The notes: generated by a model not told the origin, from the letters alone. A DNA stretch of 64,000 nt from Antedon mediterranea (GCF_964355755.1 NC_092671.1:20584001-20648000), one strand, 5' to 3'. Shown: positions 55,101 to 63,759, numbered from the stretch's first letter. Program-made: numbers and translations.

Positions 55101-56304
55101 GGAATTGTACAGAACTATTTTGCCCGACTACCGCATTATTAATAGAGAGCTTCGATCAACCACGGTAGATAAACCCCTAATTAATATACCTGTTTGCAGA
55201 ACTAACCGTCTTAAGACTTCGCCTGCCCTTACCATAAGTAGAATCCTTAATTCAAACAGTACCTGATCACGCTGAAGATGGCTATGTTATAAATATTTAC
55301 ATATATTGGCCTATGCATTTGTATATAAATTTTGGAATCTTTTTAACATAACATAATTTTATTTTTTTAACTGATTTTTTCAAATTTTTTAATGTTTTGT
55401 ATAAATTTTTGTATTTTTTTAAATGTTTCTGTTTCCATATATTTATATATATATTTTTGTAAATCAACAATTTCAGCCTTCGGGCTGCATGTTTTTTATT
55501 GTATAAACCTGAATAAATAAAAAAAAAAATTATAATTATTTTAACGCGTGGCGTAGTCGTATTTTAATTATTAATTCATGTATGGCATAGCTAAGGGCCT
55601 AGGCCAAGTTTCTTCCATCGCTCTCTCGCTCGCACGACTATCTCGGCTACAGTAAATCCCTATAACACTCCGACTCCCCGTGGTGTGGTGGTGTGGTGGT
55701 GTGGCACTATTAGCAAAGATCGTATAGCGCTACGTAGTGGCGCTATGTTACTATAGCACCACTTCGTGGCGCTATAGTATCTTTGCTATAGTGCAAGCTA
55801 TAATTCACTTCCCAGAGCTCTGTGCATGCACAATAGCGTGTCGGATTCCCTAACGGTGGGCAGTTGAGTTCCGGTGTCGGAATCCTAACCACGGCGTAAA
55901 GTAAATCCTCCACATAATATAGGCCTACACTAGGCCTAAGAGAGGTAGCCTCTACTAGGCCTAGCTAGGCCTAGGCCTAGCCTAGCTTTTATTAGCCGGT
56001 TAAAACTCCATTAACACCATGAGCGATGCCTAGGCCGGCTAGGCCTATGATGTAGCCCGATCGTCTTTGTTTTTGACCCGATCGTCTGTCTACTGATCAT
56101 TTATTTATAAACAATAGGCCTAGGCTAGGCAGGCCTAGGCTAGGCCCTATCTAGGCTAGTAGGCTAACCCACAAAACTTACCTCCATGAAAACGTCGTGC
56201 AGGAAACGAAATGGTGGTTTATTTAAGAGTTTTTCTGTCAAAGGAGGCTTTTTGATTAATTTCCCAAGACTATCCTGGGTTTTCCTTACAAAATGTTCAC
56301 CCAT
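568..56304 (-). CDS. TRAF3IP1: TRAF3-interacting protein 1 / IFT54 (MIP-T3), spliced gene, 5' six coding exons; 3' part lies outside the window
   Basis: Joined exons read [132 protein letters not shown]... followed by a K/E/R-rich region. This is the IFT54 N-terminal calponin-homology-like domain. All junctions are GT-AG and phases are consistent. Confidence 0.96.
1137..3098. mobile_element. Non-autonomous DNA transposon, P-element/Galileo-like
   Basis: 28-bp TIR caaagaatatatatcacaagaatgagta, CA...TG termini, 7-bp TSD AGATAAC on both sides; further internal inverted blocks (ggatgtataca; aaaatggacctgaaatgga at ~1531 and ~2637). Confidence 0.8.
3229..3351 (-). CDS. TRAF3IP1: TRAF3IP1/IFT54 coding exon 5 (123 nt)
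   Basis: Acceptor tatacag, [41 protein letters not shown], donor GTATGC; lies within ORF 3169..3372. Confidence 0.9.
3545..3574 (-). repeat. 30-bp inverted repeat, right arm (pairs with 376-405)
   Basis: agaaaatactgcaacttttcctacgagctg. Confidence 0.9.
4277..4389 (-). CDS. TRAF3IP1: TRAF3IP1/IFT54 coding exon 4 (113 nt)
   Basis: Acceptor ttacag, (S)[37 protein letters not shown] containing the conserved IVAGHEP motif, donor GTAATA. Confidence 0.95.
5777..7211 (+). mobile_element. Helentron-associated (HINE/DINE-1-like) non-autonomous element
   Basis: 5' motif aggttatatgcat (5777) recurs as terminal palindrome aggttatatgcat-atc-atgcatataacct (7183-7211), preceded by an (aaat)n microsatellite; contains a degenerate tRNA-like segment at ~6075-6135. 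Confidence 0.55.
7901..7949 (-). CDS. TRAF3IP1: TRAF3IP1/IFT54 coding exon 3 (49 nt)
   Basis: Acceptor tttttag, [16 protein letters not shown] + 1 nt, donor GTAAGT; ends in phase 1. Confidence 0.94.
8099..10384 (+). mobile_element. 5'-truncated CR1/Jockey-group LINE, ORF2 pseudogene (end of endonuclease + RT)
   Basis: ORFs 8120-8611 and 9060-9701 with [28 protein letters not shown] and YADD motifs; frameshifts; (aaat)n/polyA tail at ~10355-10384; tggt duplicated at the junctions. Confidence 0.93.
10480..11056 (-). mobile_element. LINE (CR1/L2-type) ORF2 C-terminal fragment
   Basis: ORF 10645..11100: [11 protein letters not shown]...VQNRTARII...NWLTL, typical LINE ORF2 C-terminus. Confidence 0.75.
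11057..11683. mobile_element. Tc1/mariner (Tc2/pogo-type) MITE, copy 1 (shorter)
   Basis: TA|ccgtatgtttcggtgtataagtcgcac ... gtgcgacttatacgg|TA; near-identical to 23598-24437. Confidence 0.85.
12900..14056 (+). mobile_element. Interspersed repeat, probably a second Helentron/HINE-like element
   Basis: Internal similarity to 6500-7200 (tttcaccatttt, aaacgta, cgcgcg/cgca blocks), early hairpin cttgcccac-gcaaa-gtgggcaag, terminal aataaataagaagaag tract. Confidence 0.45.
15072..15972. mobile_element. PIF/Harbinger-like MITE
   Basis: TIR ggccctgtttctgctgcca / tggcagcagaaacgggccc, 3-bp TSD ATA, many internal aatataccgtatat palindromic modules. Confidence 0.8.
16269..16436 (+). mobile_element. Isolated 3'-UTR fragment of the LINE at 56890-58731
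   Basis: G-tract + gataggggttgatagttgcttttgcc...aaggtgtaattccaaataaataaa, near-identical to ~58590-58731. Confidence 0.85.
16831..17060. repeat. Short tandem repeat, ~75-80 bp x3
   Basis: gtaaagtttagcaggctaactctc...gagagtttgcggacg recurs at 16831, 16910 and 16986. Confidence 0.85.
19368..20840 (+). mobile_element. Non-autonomous Helitron
   Basis: A|TCtatatataaa 5' end; 3' hairpin ctagatggtacgctcgcttcgctcgcgtaccatCTAG|T; no TSD; 5' ~125 bp has an inverted copy at ~32630-32754. Confidence 0.8.
21050..21640 (+). mobile_element. CR1/Jockey-group LINE RT fragment
   Basis: [17 protein letters not shown] and [10 protein letters not shown] motifs across frameshifts; related to the 8099-10384 element. 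Confidence 0.85.
23598..24437. mobile_element. Tc2/pogo-type MITE, copy 2 (longer), inserted in the LINE RT region
   Basis: ccgtatattttggtgtataagtcgcac ... gtgcgacttatacaccgaaatatacgg|TA; LINE frame (RIV/NTIMNG) resumes across it. Confidence 0.9.
25892..27350 (-). pseudogene. LINE ORF1: coiled coil + SGNH/GDSL esterase domain (frameshifted)
   Basis: Probable ATG at 27350 (MPKAAAK...), heptad-rich ORF 26662-27057, [10 protein letters not shown] (block I) and DGVHLN (block V) motifs. Confidence 0.8.
28070..28805. mobile_element. PIF/Harbinger-like MITE
   Basis: TIR aggctttttcacacagaact / agctctgtgtgaaaggggct, 3-bp TSD CTA, internal ttcacacag / gtaatattac repeats. Confidence 0.75.
29629..30254. 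mobile_element. MITE with CCC...GGG termini (CMC/EnSpm-like) nested in the Sola-like element
   Basis: ccccgggggggtcact ... agtgacccccctgggg, flanked by ttgttt on both sides. Confidence 0.7.
31082..32754 (-). mobile_element. Second Helitron of the 19368 family (5' end certain, 3' end tentative)
   Basis: 32630-32754 is the reverse complement of ~19368-19492, ending in ga|t; candidate terminal hairpin gcga..ccaag-caa-cttgg..tcgc at ~31091-31116; internal short duplications 31360-31870. Confidence 0.55.
36131..37320. repeat. Tandem array, ~220-235 bp period, 6 units
   Basis: cgatagcaattcgatgtcgaaa.gttatcgaca core at ~36131, 36351, 36570, 36800, 37035 and 37259. Confidence 0.9.
37975..40000. repeat. 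Tandem array, ~625 bp period, ~3.3 near-identical units
   Basis: gcttgacgatgcgtgacatttgcacgatg at 38158, 38781 and 39409 (spacing 623 and 628), degenerate copy at ~39868. Confidence 0.92.
42809..44721. mobile_element. hAT-like non-autonomous element
   Basis: Perfect 16-bp TIR cagtgttctccccagg / cctggggagaacactg; ccgtgacgct subterminal repeats; apparent 5-bp TSD TTTTA. Confidence 0.85.
43400..44530. repeat. Internal tandem array of the hAT, ~175 bp period
   Basis: ggctacgatcg...tttgctagcgcgctatgaag...tttccggccaactac...cctactgatgagtagg recurring about 5-6 times. Confidence 0.88.
45152..45220 (-). CDS. TRAF3IP1: TRAF3IP1/IFT54 coding exon 2 (69 nt)
   Basis: Poly-T acceptor ttttag, [23 protein letters not shown], donor GTTTGT. 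Confidence 0.95.
45921..46757 (-). mobile_element. CR1-type LINE 3' fragment
   Basis: ORF 46137..46745: DLGIIID..LSW..H...KANRMLG...[10 protein letters not shown]...[10 protein letters not shown]; (taaa)n tail at ~45921-45948. Confidence 0.92.
47011..47106 (+). repeat. Orphan copy of the hAT right end
   Basis: tgtgactcaagtacttagtgtcggaatgcccc...cctggggagaacactg matches 44631-44721; no left TIR seen nearby. Confidence 0.85.
47320..49385. repeat. Dispersed/tandem repeat with tatgcaaattag and tttgacccttgacccc motifs (unclassified TE)
   Basis: Units at ~47320-47560, 47660-47900 and partial 49215-49385. Confidence 0.65.
50161..50255 (+). pseudogene. Degenerate tRNA-derived sequence / SINE head
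   Basis: A-box-like tggcttaatg, B-box ggttcgattc, followed by poly-T; cloverleaf stems do not pair. Confidence 0.5.
50606..51382. mobile_element. Kolobok-like MITE
   Basis: TTAA|agaccccttcccta ... tagggaaaggatct|TTAA (TTAA TSD, AG...CT termini). Confidence 0.75.
51865..52053. mobile_element. Harbinger-like MITE (189 bp)
   Basis: Perfect ~36-bp TIR agccgattttccactaggcgaatttgttcgcgcgaa, TSD TAA. Confidence 0.9.
52396..54062 (-). mobile_element. 5'-truncated L2 LINE (RT + C-terminus + 3' UTR)
   Basis: [31 protein letters not shown] and ELHWLPV motifs; L2-type tail (tatatagcgcc...gctttaca on the + strand). Confidence 0.93.
54280..55530 (+). mobile_element. 5'-truncated CR1/L2-group LINE, uninterrupted ORF2 C-terminal half
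   Basis: ORF 54232..55266: [30 protein letters not shown]; 3' stem-loop cagcc-ttcg-ggctg and A tail. Confidence 0.93.
56182..56304 (-). CDS. TRAF3IP1: TRAF3IP1/IFT54 coding exon 1 (123 nt)
   Basis: ATG at 56304, [41 protein letters not shown], donor GTAAG; phase 0. Confidence 0.96.
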
Positions 56305-56490
56305 AACGACAACAGAATTCACGAAATTGTTAGCAGCTAGCCTCTCTCAATAATTATAGATGATATAGAGAGAGTATATCAGCAGCACCGAATCCATTGG
56401 TTACGAGACGCGCGACATATTTTTGTTTTCTCTCTCTCTATTAATAAATTGGAATTCTATCCCAGAATTCTCTGTTGCAGCAACAAACCA
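56305..56490 (-). promoter_or_regulatory. Probable TRAF3IP1 5' UTR / proximal promoter
   Basis: Directly upstream of the ATG; CCAAT on the minus strand (attgg at 56396-56400), a small CpG cluster, and an RFX-like palindrome gttgcagcaac at 56473-56483 (imperfect spacing). Confidence 0.35.
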
Positions 56491-56889
56491 ACCAGGAGAG
56501 GAGAGAGAGAGGTAGCGAGGTAAAAAGCCGATTTAATCAATATAAAACTATTACATGACAGATCACTGGGTGTAAATAAACCGAAGTTTAGAGGGCGTAC
56601 TCCAGAAAGACTCAACCACCAGACCACACTACTAGAGCTATTATATCGGCTGCACGAGTACGAGCAGGGAGATGTTACGAGTAACATAAAAATTGGTTTG
56701 ATAATTATATTAAACAAGCAATTACAGAACAACGAAGAGAAGCTGCCAGAATTCATAGGAAATTTGTTAAATTAAACCCTAATAATGCTCACACGCGTAT
56801 CTTATGGCAGTCGTACCAAGAAAAAAGTGTTTATGTAAAAAAACTGATTTTAAAAAAATCACTGAAGCTAAAGTAATGAAATCTATTTG

Positions 56890-58731
56890 ATAGTGTATGG
56901 AGAGACGGCTTAATGAAATCAATTTGGAATACAGGAATAAGAGGAAAGGTATGGAGGATGATTGATAAGCTTTATGCTAATGTTAAAGGTAAAGTCTCCT
57001 CTGTATAATTGATACAGATATTTTTGATATTGATCAAGGAGTAAAACAAGGGTGCGTTTTATCACCTGTTCTATTTAGCATTTACATAAATGAGTTTACC
57101 AAAATGTTAAGATCCAAGGATATAGCCTAGGTATTAGAGTAAATGATACATGGATGGGTAGCCTTTTTTGGGCTGATGATATTGTATTATTAGCTAACAA
57201 TGAAAGAACTGGAAATGAAAAGAATGTTAGACCTTGCAGGAAATTTTGCTAAGGAATGGAAATTATGCTTTAATTTTGAAAAGTCAAATATACTGATAAC
57301 TGGTAAACGTGTTGATAAAGTAAGACAATGGAAATTAGGTAATGGCTTTATATCTGAAACTGAATCATATAAATATCTCGGTGTACATATTTCTCGTAAA
57401 TTAAATGACCATATACAAATTGAGAATGTTATAAAAAAAAAGGTCAAAGATTAATAGCGTACGTTAAATCAATTATCAGTAGCTTTGATAACTTTAACAG
57501 AGTATATTATGGGGATACTCTGTGGAGATCGATAGTTCTCCCATCTATCAACTATGGTTGTTCAGTATATGGTGCTCTTTATGTAGAAGAGATATAGATA
57601 AACTAGAGCGTCTCCAGCTCCAAATGGCGCGTTATATCTTAAAAGCACCTCGAAATACACCTTGTGCCGCCTTATATGGAGAGCTTGGTTGGTCTCCAAT
57701 TAACGAGATTCATAACGCTCTTCGTATGAAATACTTCCATATAATTATAAAGATGGAAAACTATCGATGGCCAAAAATTATGTTTTTTGGAATGCTACAA
57801 CTTAATTGTGAATTTAAAGACTTAAGGTATAAGTTTCTATCTTGTATAAACGATATTCTCTTGAAGTGTAATTGTGAATCCAAAAATATTTTCACCACTC
57901 TCTCAAATTATAAAGAAGTCTACTTTCCAATTTCTGAAATCTTAAGAAAACTTAACTATATAATGATAGATGAATGGAGAATTGAATTACAAAATAAATC
58001 AAGTCTCCACATCTATGAAACATTAAAATCAAAACCTGGACTTGAAAATTACTTAATTGATAAAACTAATTTTGAAGATGCTGCATTAAAATTTAAAGCT
58101 CGTTCAAATACTCTACCTTTGAATGATAGAACTGCAAATTGGAATATTGATAATAATAAAAAATGTAAATTATGCGGTACAAATTCGGACGAAGACATCC
58201 ATCATTTCATCCTTAATTGTCCAGCTTTAAATAATATACGTATAATCAGGAATTATTTAATTTATATGTGGATATGTATAGAAATGGCAGCAAAGATATG
58301 TTTGATACTTTTTATACTTCTCATGAAAATGACAAACTTAAATATATTTTGGGATACTCAGATAATTTAATTGATGAAAAGTGTGAAAATATTTTGGATA
58401 GTTTTTGTAAAAGATACTTAAAACAAGCATGGAAATTTCGAAATGATTCACTGAATTCCATGACTCAATAACTATGTTATCTACATTGCTACATTAAGTA
58501 AATTGAAAAAAGGGGGAGGGAGGAGGGGGTTGGTGGGTTTTTCGTAATAACCTGTGTTTAGTCAGGTGATTTTATTGGGGGGGGGGGGAGGGGGAGGGGG
58601 GGGGGGGGGGTAGGATAGGGGTTGATAGTTGCTTTTGCCTTTTTTTACTTTTCTGTTAATTGTTATATTTTATTTTGTGCTAAGTGTGCCACCGATCTAA
58701 AGGTGTAATTCCAAATAAATAAATAAATAAA
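56890..58731 (+). mobile_element. 5'-truncated LINE with C-terminal CCHC zinc knuckle (RTEX/Proto2/L1-Tx1-like)
   Basis: GVKQGCVLSP and FWADD motifs, YKYLGV, CKLCG...EDIHHFILNCP; G-rich 3' UTR; (aaat)n tail. Confidence 0.88.
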
Positions 58732-59879
58732 TATTAAAATTGCCAACAAATGTGGACCTTCTTCTAGAGATTTTTGGGAAATCCTTAAAGGGTCAAATGA
58801 CAAAAGATAAACAGGTATTATGCTCTAACAAGATTGTAATGAAACTACATGTGATAAAGAAGAAATTGTTACTGTTGTATTTAAGTGGCACTGATCCAAG
58901 GTGAATGGGTCAACAACAAATAAATAAATAAACTTGGCTCACTAAAAAAGTGCGCAGTGGAATTGTTATGAGCTATCTGCTCCCATTCGGCCAGTGTTGC
59001 CAGCGATAAAATTTAAATTATGCCGTAGCCTGTCTCAAATAATGCCAGATTGGGAAAAATAACGGCAAATCCCCAATAAAATGTGGCCCTAATTAAAGAA
59101 CATCTGTAAAACCCCAACTGACACAAAGTGGGCTAAAAATGTTATCCTATGTCGTTACAATTTTTAGTTTTGTGTGTAATAACTAATATAATACCCAATA
59201 TCAGAGGTGCGAAAATGGTAATTGCAAATGTCACCAAATTTTGATTTTTTTAGCTGAAATATGTTTAGAAATATTATAAAAATATATTAATGTCTTCAAG
59301 ACCTCAACTCATGGTTGGAAAATTGGGGGGAATAGAGCTGCTCGATGGCCGGAAATGGCACTTAATTTCAATTGAAATAATTAATATATTTATTATTGCC
59401 TCCAGTATCTTAGCCCACCATGTTCCGAAAAGGAAATAAAAATGTACATTAGTGTCTCCAGGACCCAGCCCCACCATGGTTGTTTGAAAAATCTTCTAAT
59501 GTAAAGATCAACAACATCAACATTCAACGTGGTGTGTTGACCGCAACGACTAACAATACCATCGTCCCCACTACACCTGCACCAACTCATTTGCATTATA
59601 TCGCACGGCATACCAACTGTTCAATATCTGTATAGGGCTAGCAATCAATGGGTTGGTTGGATGGCCAGGTTTGTTCATCAGGCTGCTATTGTTCATCATT
59701 TAATTCATTGTATCAGTGAAAATGTGAAAATTAGTTATTACAATAATGCATATGTATTTCAATAAATAGAGAGAATACACTAGTCAGGCATCGGCATCTT
59801 TACACATTTCTATTTATTTGTTCCTAATTTTCTGACATAACTTAGGTGTTCTTAAAATTGAGGGCGAGAAACAACACAT

Positions 59880-60157
59880 TTACGATATCGGAAAGAGGCG
59901 GGTAGCCACCAAAAATATGATGGTGTGCTCCCTTGCTTCTAGCACGGTAAGGCTCTCTCACAGCCTTGGGGGTACCACACATCAGATGCTTTTGATGTTA
60001 TTGCCTCATGATGTGTGGTGGAAAGGGGGTGCGTTTGAATCTGTGAACCCCAAACACAGAAGGTCGCATAGCTTTAACTCTTTTCCACCGACCGGCATGG
60101 GGTTTGAACCCACGATAATCGTGTTCCACGACGCTCTACCGACTGAGCTATCCGGCC
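59880..60157 (-). mobile_element. tRNA(Lys)-derived SINE
   Basis: Minus strand begins ggccggatagctcagtcggtagagc (tRNA-Lys-like 5' half, A box) with B box ggttcaaacc; anticodon arm missing; unrelated body follows; 3' limit approximate. Confidence 0.7.
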
Positions 60158-60261
60158 CTCTGGTTTATAGTAAGGTTAAAACTAGATTCGTTTCCTCAAA
60201 AGTACGTCATGAATATGCAAATTTATGACGTAACGATTAGAATGACGTAATATGAAGCGCA

Positions 60262-62325
60262 TATAAGATAAGATAAGATAAGATAAATCTTTATTGTCAT
60301 GAACACAACAAGGCGAACATGAAATTGGTTTTCGTTGAGGCTTAAAAACACATACAATATATAAAACATTAAAAATATCAATACAATACATTAAAACTAT
60401 ATACAGTAGTAAACAAGTAAACAAACTATCTTTGGAATGTTGTGTTGGAAACATGGATAGAGTTGTGGACAAATGATTTTCTACATCGAGTGGTATTGCA
60501 CATTAAAGGACGAATTCTACCTGATTTATTAACAACATATTTATCATTCAATGGGTGTGAGTTATCTTCCATTATTTTCTTAACTTGGCTAATAACATCG
60601 CGCCTGTAAACTGCGTCGATAATATTGACATTCCTTCCTATTATTTTACTAGCAGTTTTCATAGTACGGTCAAGTTTCTTTTTATCATTAGCACTCAGAC
60701 TATTGTACCAAACAACACAGTTGAAAGTTACAACACTAAGAATAACACTCTGGTGAAACATAAAAAGTACATCATTATTCACTCTGAAAGAGTTCAGCTT
60801 TCTGAGAAGTACAGCCGTTGATTACATTTTTTAACAATATTTACAGTATTTGCATTCCAATTTAATTCACAATCTACCGTTGTTCCTAAATATTTATGTT
60901 CTTTTACAGTTTCTATCTTTTGGTCGTTTAATACAATATTATCAATAACACTTTCTTTGGTCTTATCCGCGTTTAATATAAGAAAATTTTCCTTACACCA
61001 CGACTCAAACAACTTAAGTGTATTTCTATACTCATCTTCACAGTTATGCTGAATTATACCCGTAACAACAGAATCATCTGCATACTTAACTATACTAATG
61101 TAATATAACGATATACTTTTATATTTAAGAAATTGACCTTTGTATCAGAATTTAAATAGGTTCACAAACTTGACCCAGAAAGTCCAGAGGAGAGTTTGTC
61201 CAGATGTTTTAATGACCATTTAGTTTATAATAGAATCCCTAAAGAATAACTTTGCGACTGTTCCCATCGTAAAACAATTAGATATTGACAGTTTTTAGCA
61301 GAGATTCGACAGGGCCAATTCATCATTGTAACCTCCCCAGATAAGATCAATCATTCCCACTTAAACACCCCTGGACCAACTTAGGACCAATCATTAGCTC
61401 CATAAATGATGTAATGACATTATGCAAATGAACTGAGCCAATATACTCCCAAGTTTCAGAAGAGCCCAGACACACCTTACAGCCACCTCACGGAGCACAC
61501 ACCTCACAGCCACCTCACGGAGCACACACCTTACAGCCACCTCACGGAGCACACACCTTACAGGACAGCCACTTCTCCAGAAGCAGACCTACACACTTCA
61601 CACCTCACCGACAGCATCATTGATCCTCCGTTCCTTATCTATACTTATAGTTGTATATTGTACTGAAGTATTATACTGAATAAACAATATATGTGTTACG
61701 ACAGTCAAGCGAGTCAGAGTCTTCATTAGTACCTCAACAACGCAACATTATATTACACTAACATAATTACTTTCAATGTTAAAGTCATTTGTGTAAAGAG
61801 AGAAATGAACAGGAGAAAGAACACATCCCTGAGGGACACCAGTGTTAGTGAAAAGAGTACTAGAAGAAAGTCCACCTATCCTAACCACCTGTGGTCTGTT
61901 TGATAGAAAATCACCAATCCACAAGATTATGTGTGAATTAATATTCATATCACGGAGTTTCCGGAGCAGAATATGTGATTGGATAGTATTAAAGGCTGAA
62001 GAGAAATCGAAGAACATAGAGCGAACATATGATCGTGGTCTCTCAAGACCAGAATAAACAGAGTCAAGAAGAGTTCAGACTGCATCACTAACCCTTTTCT
62101 TACTCTTATACGCAAACTGACACGGATCAAGTAACTCATTACATTCATTTAGCAGAAAATGCTTAACAATGGATTCTAGAAACTTCATTATGATCGATGT
62201 CAAGGCAACGGGTCTATAGTCATTGTTAATATTTGGTTTAGGTTGTTTAGGGAGTGGTGTTATTGAAGACTTTTTCCATATCACAGGAATAGTATGCGAA
62301 TGAAGTGACCAATTAAATAATTTAT
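60262..62325 (-). mobile_element. Rex1/Babar-type LINE, 5'-truncated, interrupted by a solo LTR
   Basis: YRPVALTSIIMK, FFDFSSAFNTIQ, GVPQGCVLSP, KYADDS, KCNQRLYF, SHPL motifs; (ctta t)n-type tail (ataag)n at 60262-60285. Confidence 0.92.
61099..61757 (+). mobile_element. Solo LTR (Gypsy/Ty3-like), 659 bp
   Basis: TG...CA ends with perfect 10-bp inverted termini tgtaatataa/ttatattaca, 4-bp TSD CTAA, aataaa at ~61679, internal 27-bp tandem repeat x3; splits the Rex1 RT just upstream of YADD. Confidence 0.85.
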
Positions 62326-63003
62326 GAAAGACATAACTTATTTCACTCGAACATTTTTTGATAAGACTATACTATTGTCACCTTTCATTACTCGTGTACG
62401 TTGTGGCATAACGGGTAGTGCTCTAGTAACTATCGTTTGGATTCTCCCAGCTCTACCACCAGCTGGGGTTCGAACCTCTACGGATTTAAAAAAAAAAATA
62501 AATATAAAATGTTCTTCTTTTATTTTGAAAGAGAGATATTTAGTCGAGTCAAGTTAATTTAGGATAGGCGAATGACTAACAATTTAATGTCAGAAAAAAA
62601 AGGAACTATAACTCTCTTCGTTACGTGTTTAGAAAAGAATTTATATCTCCTCGTTGGTATGTCGGCGTTGTTATGCAAATGAGTTTGTGCAGGTGTAGTA
62701 GGAATTATGTTATTCGTTCGCGCGGTCAACACGCCACACTGTTAAATTTTTGATTTTTGTGCTAAACATAACATTTACAACATCAAAAATCGGTTGGCGA
62801 AAGCCACAGAAAATGATGTTATCGTGTGCTCTGCCCGCCTCAGCACTAAGGCCAATTGAAGCCAAATGTGCTCTTTCATTTTTTAGTATTCTTGGGCGGG
62901 CTTCTTTTCCAGATGGACTTTCTTTTCGAGATTACTTTAAAACTAAATGAGGGGATCTGCTAGGTTCCTGCCCGGAGAAATTGTTTTTTTACAAGATTTG
63001 AAT

Positions 63004-63320
63004 AATCTTCTAATGTAAAGATCAACATCAACATTCAACAGTGTTAAAACTAGATTCATTTCCTCAAAATTACGTCATGGATATGCAAATTTATGACGTA
63101 ACGATTAGAATGACGTAATAATGAATCGCGTAAAATTGTCACTTTTCATTACTCGTGTACATTGTGGCATAACGGGTAGTGCTTTAGTAACTATCGTTTG
63201 GATTCTCTCAGCTCTACTAGCTGGGGTTCGAAACTCTACGGATTTCTTTTTTTTATAAATAAATATAAAATGTTTTTCTTTTATTTTGAATATTTAGAGA
63301 GTTAAGTTAATTTAGGTTAG
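63004..63320 (+). repeat. Uninterrupted paralogue of the repeat broken up between 59491 and 62570
   Basis: Colinear matches to 59491-59527, 60176-60258 and 62373-62570. Confidence 0.85.
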
Positions 63321-63759
63321 GCAGGGGCTGTTCCTTGAGACTTATATTCTTTCCACATTTCAAAGTCCAATTTCCGGGAAACTCTATTTTTCTAAATTAT
63401 TAGCTCCACCCAACCATGGGTCCTGTAGACTGATAATTCATATTGTTTTTATTTAACCATGTTTCATGGGGGTAGCCCATCGAGCAAAGCTGATCGACAA
63501 TACAATACAATCACGGCTAGCATAATAATGTCAGAAATGGCAACTATGCGTTCGGCGCACACTTGAGGAAAATGCAGTGAGATGTAAGCCGAAGGCTAGA
63601 GGGCGTACTCCAGACAGACTGAAAAGTGATTCCAAACAATATGGCGGCCGTAAATGTGTTCAAAAACATTATTTGATATAAAAGACAATAACCTAATATA
63701 ATACATTAAGACCACATAAATTACAACAATTCTTGTCACAGCAGTGAAGTTTTTATAAA

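Larger units (their letters stand above)
51688..55896. mobile_element. Mutator (MULE)-like element with ~80-bp TIRs, filled by nested insertions
   Basis: cgccgtgtttaggattccggcaccggaactcaactgccca...gcatgcccagagc is the imperfect reverse complement of ~55816-55896; 9-bp TSD TAAAGTAAA. Confidence 0.8.

Noticed and set aside
54232-55266. Intact host gene or active reverse transcriptase (344-aa ORF)
   Set aside because: It starts mid-RT, lacking the N-terminal RT motifs and endonuclease; it is a 5'-truncated LINE, and the first residues derive from flanking DNA.
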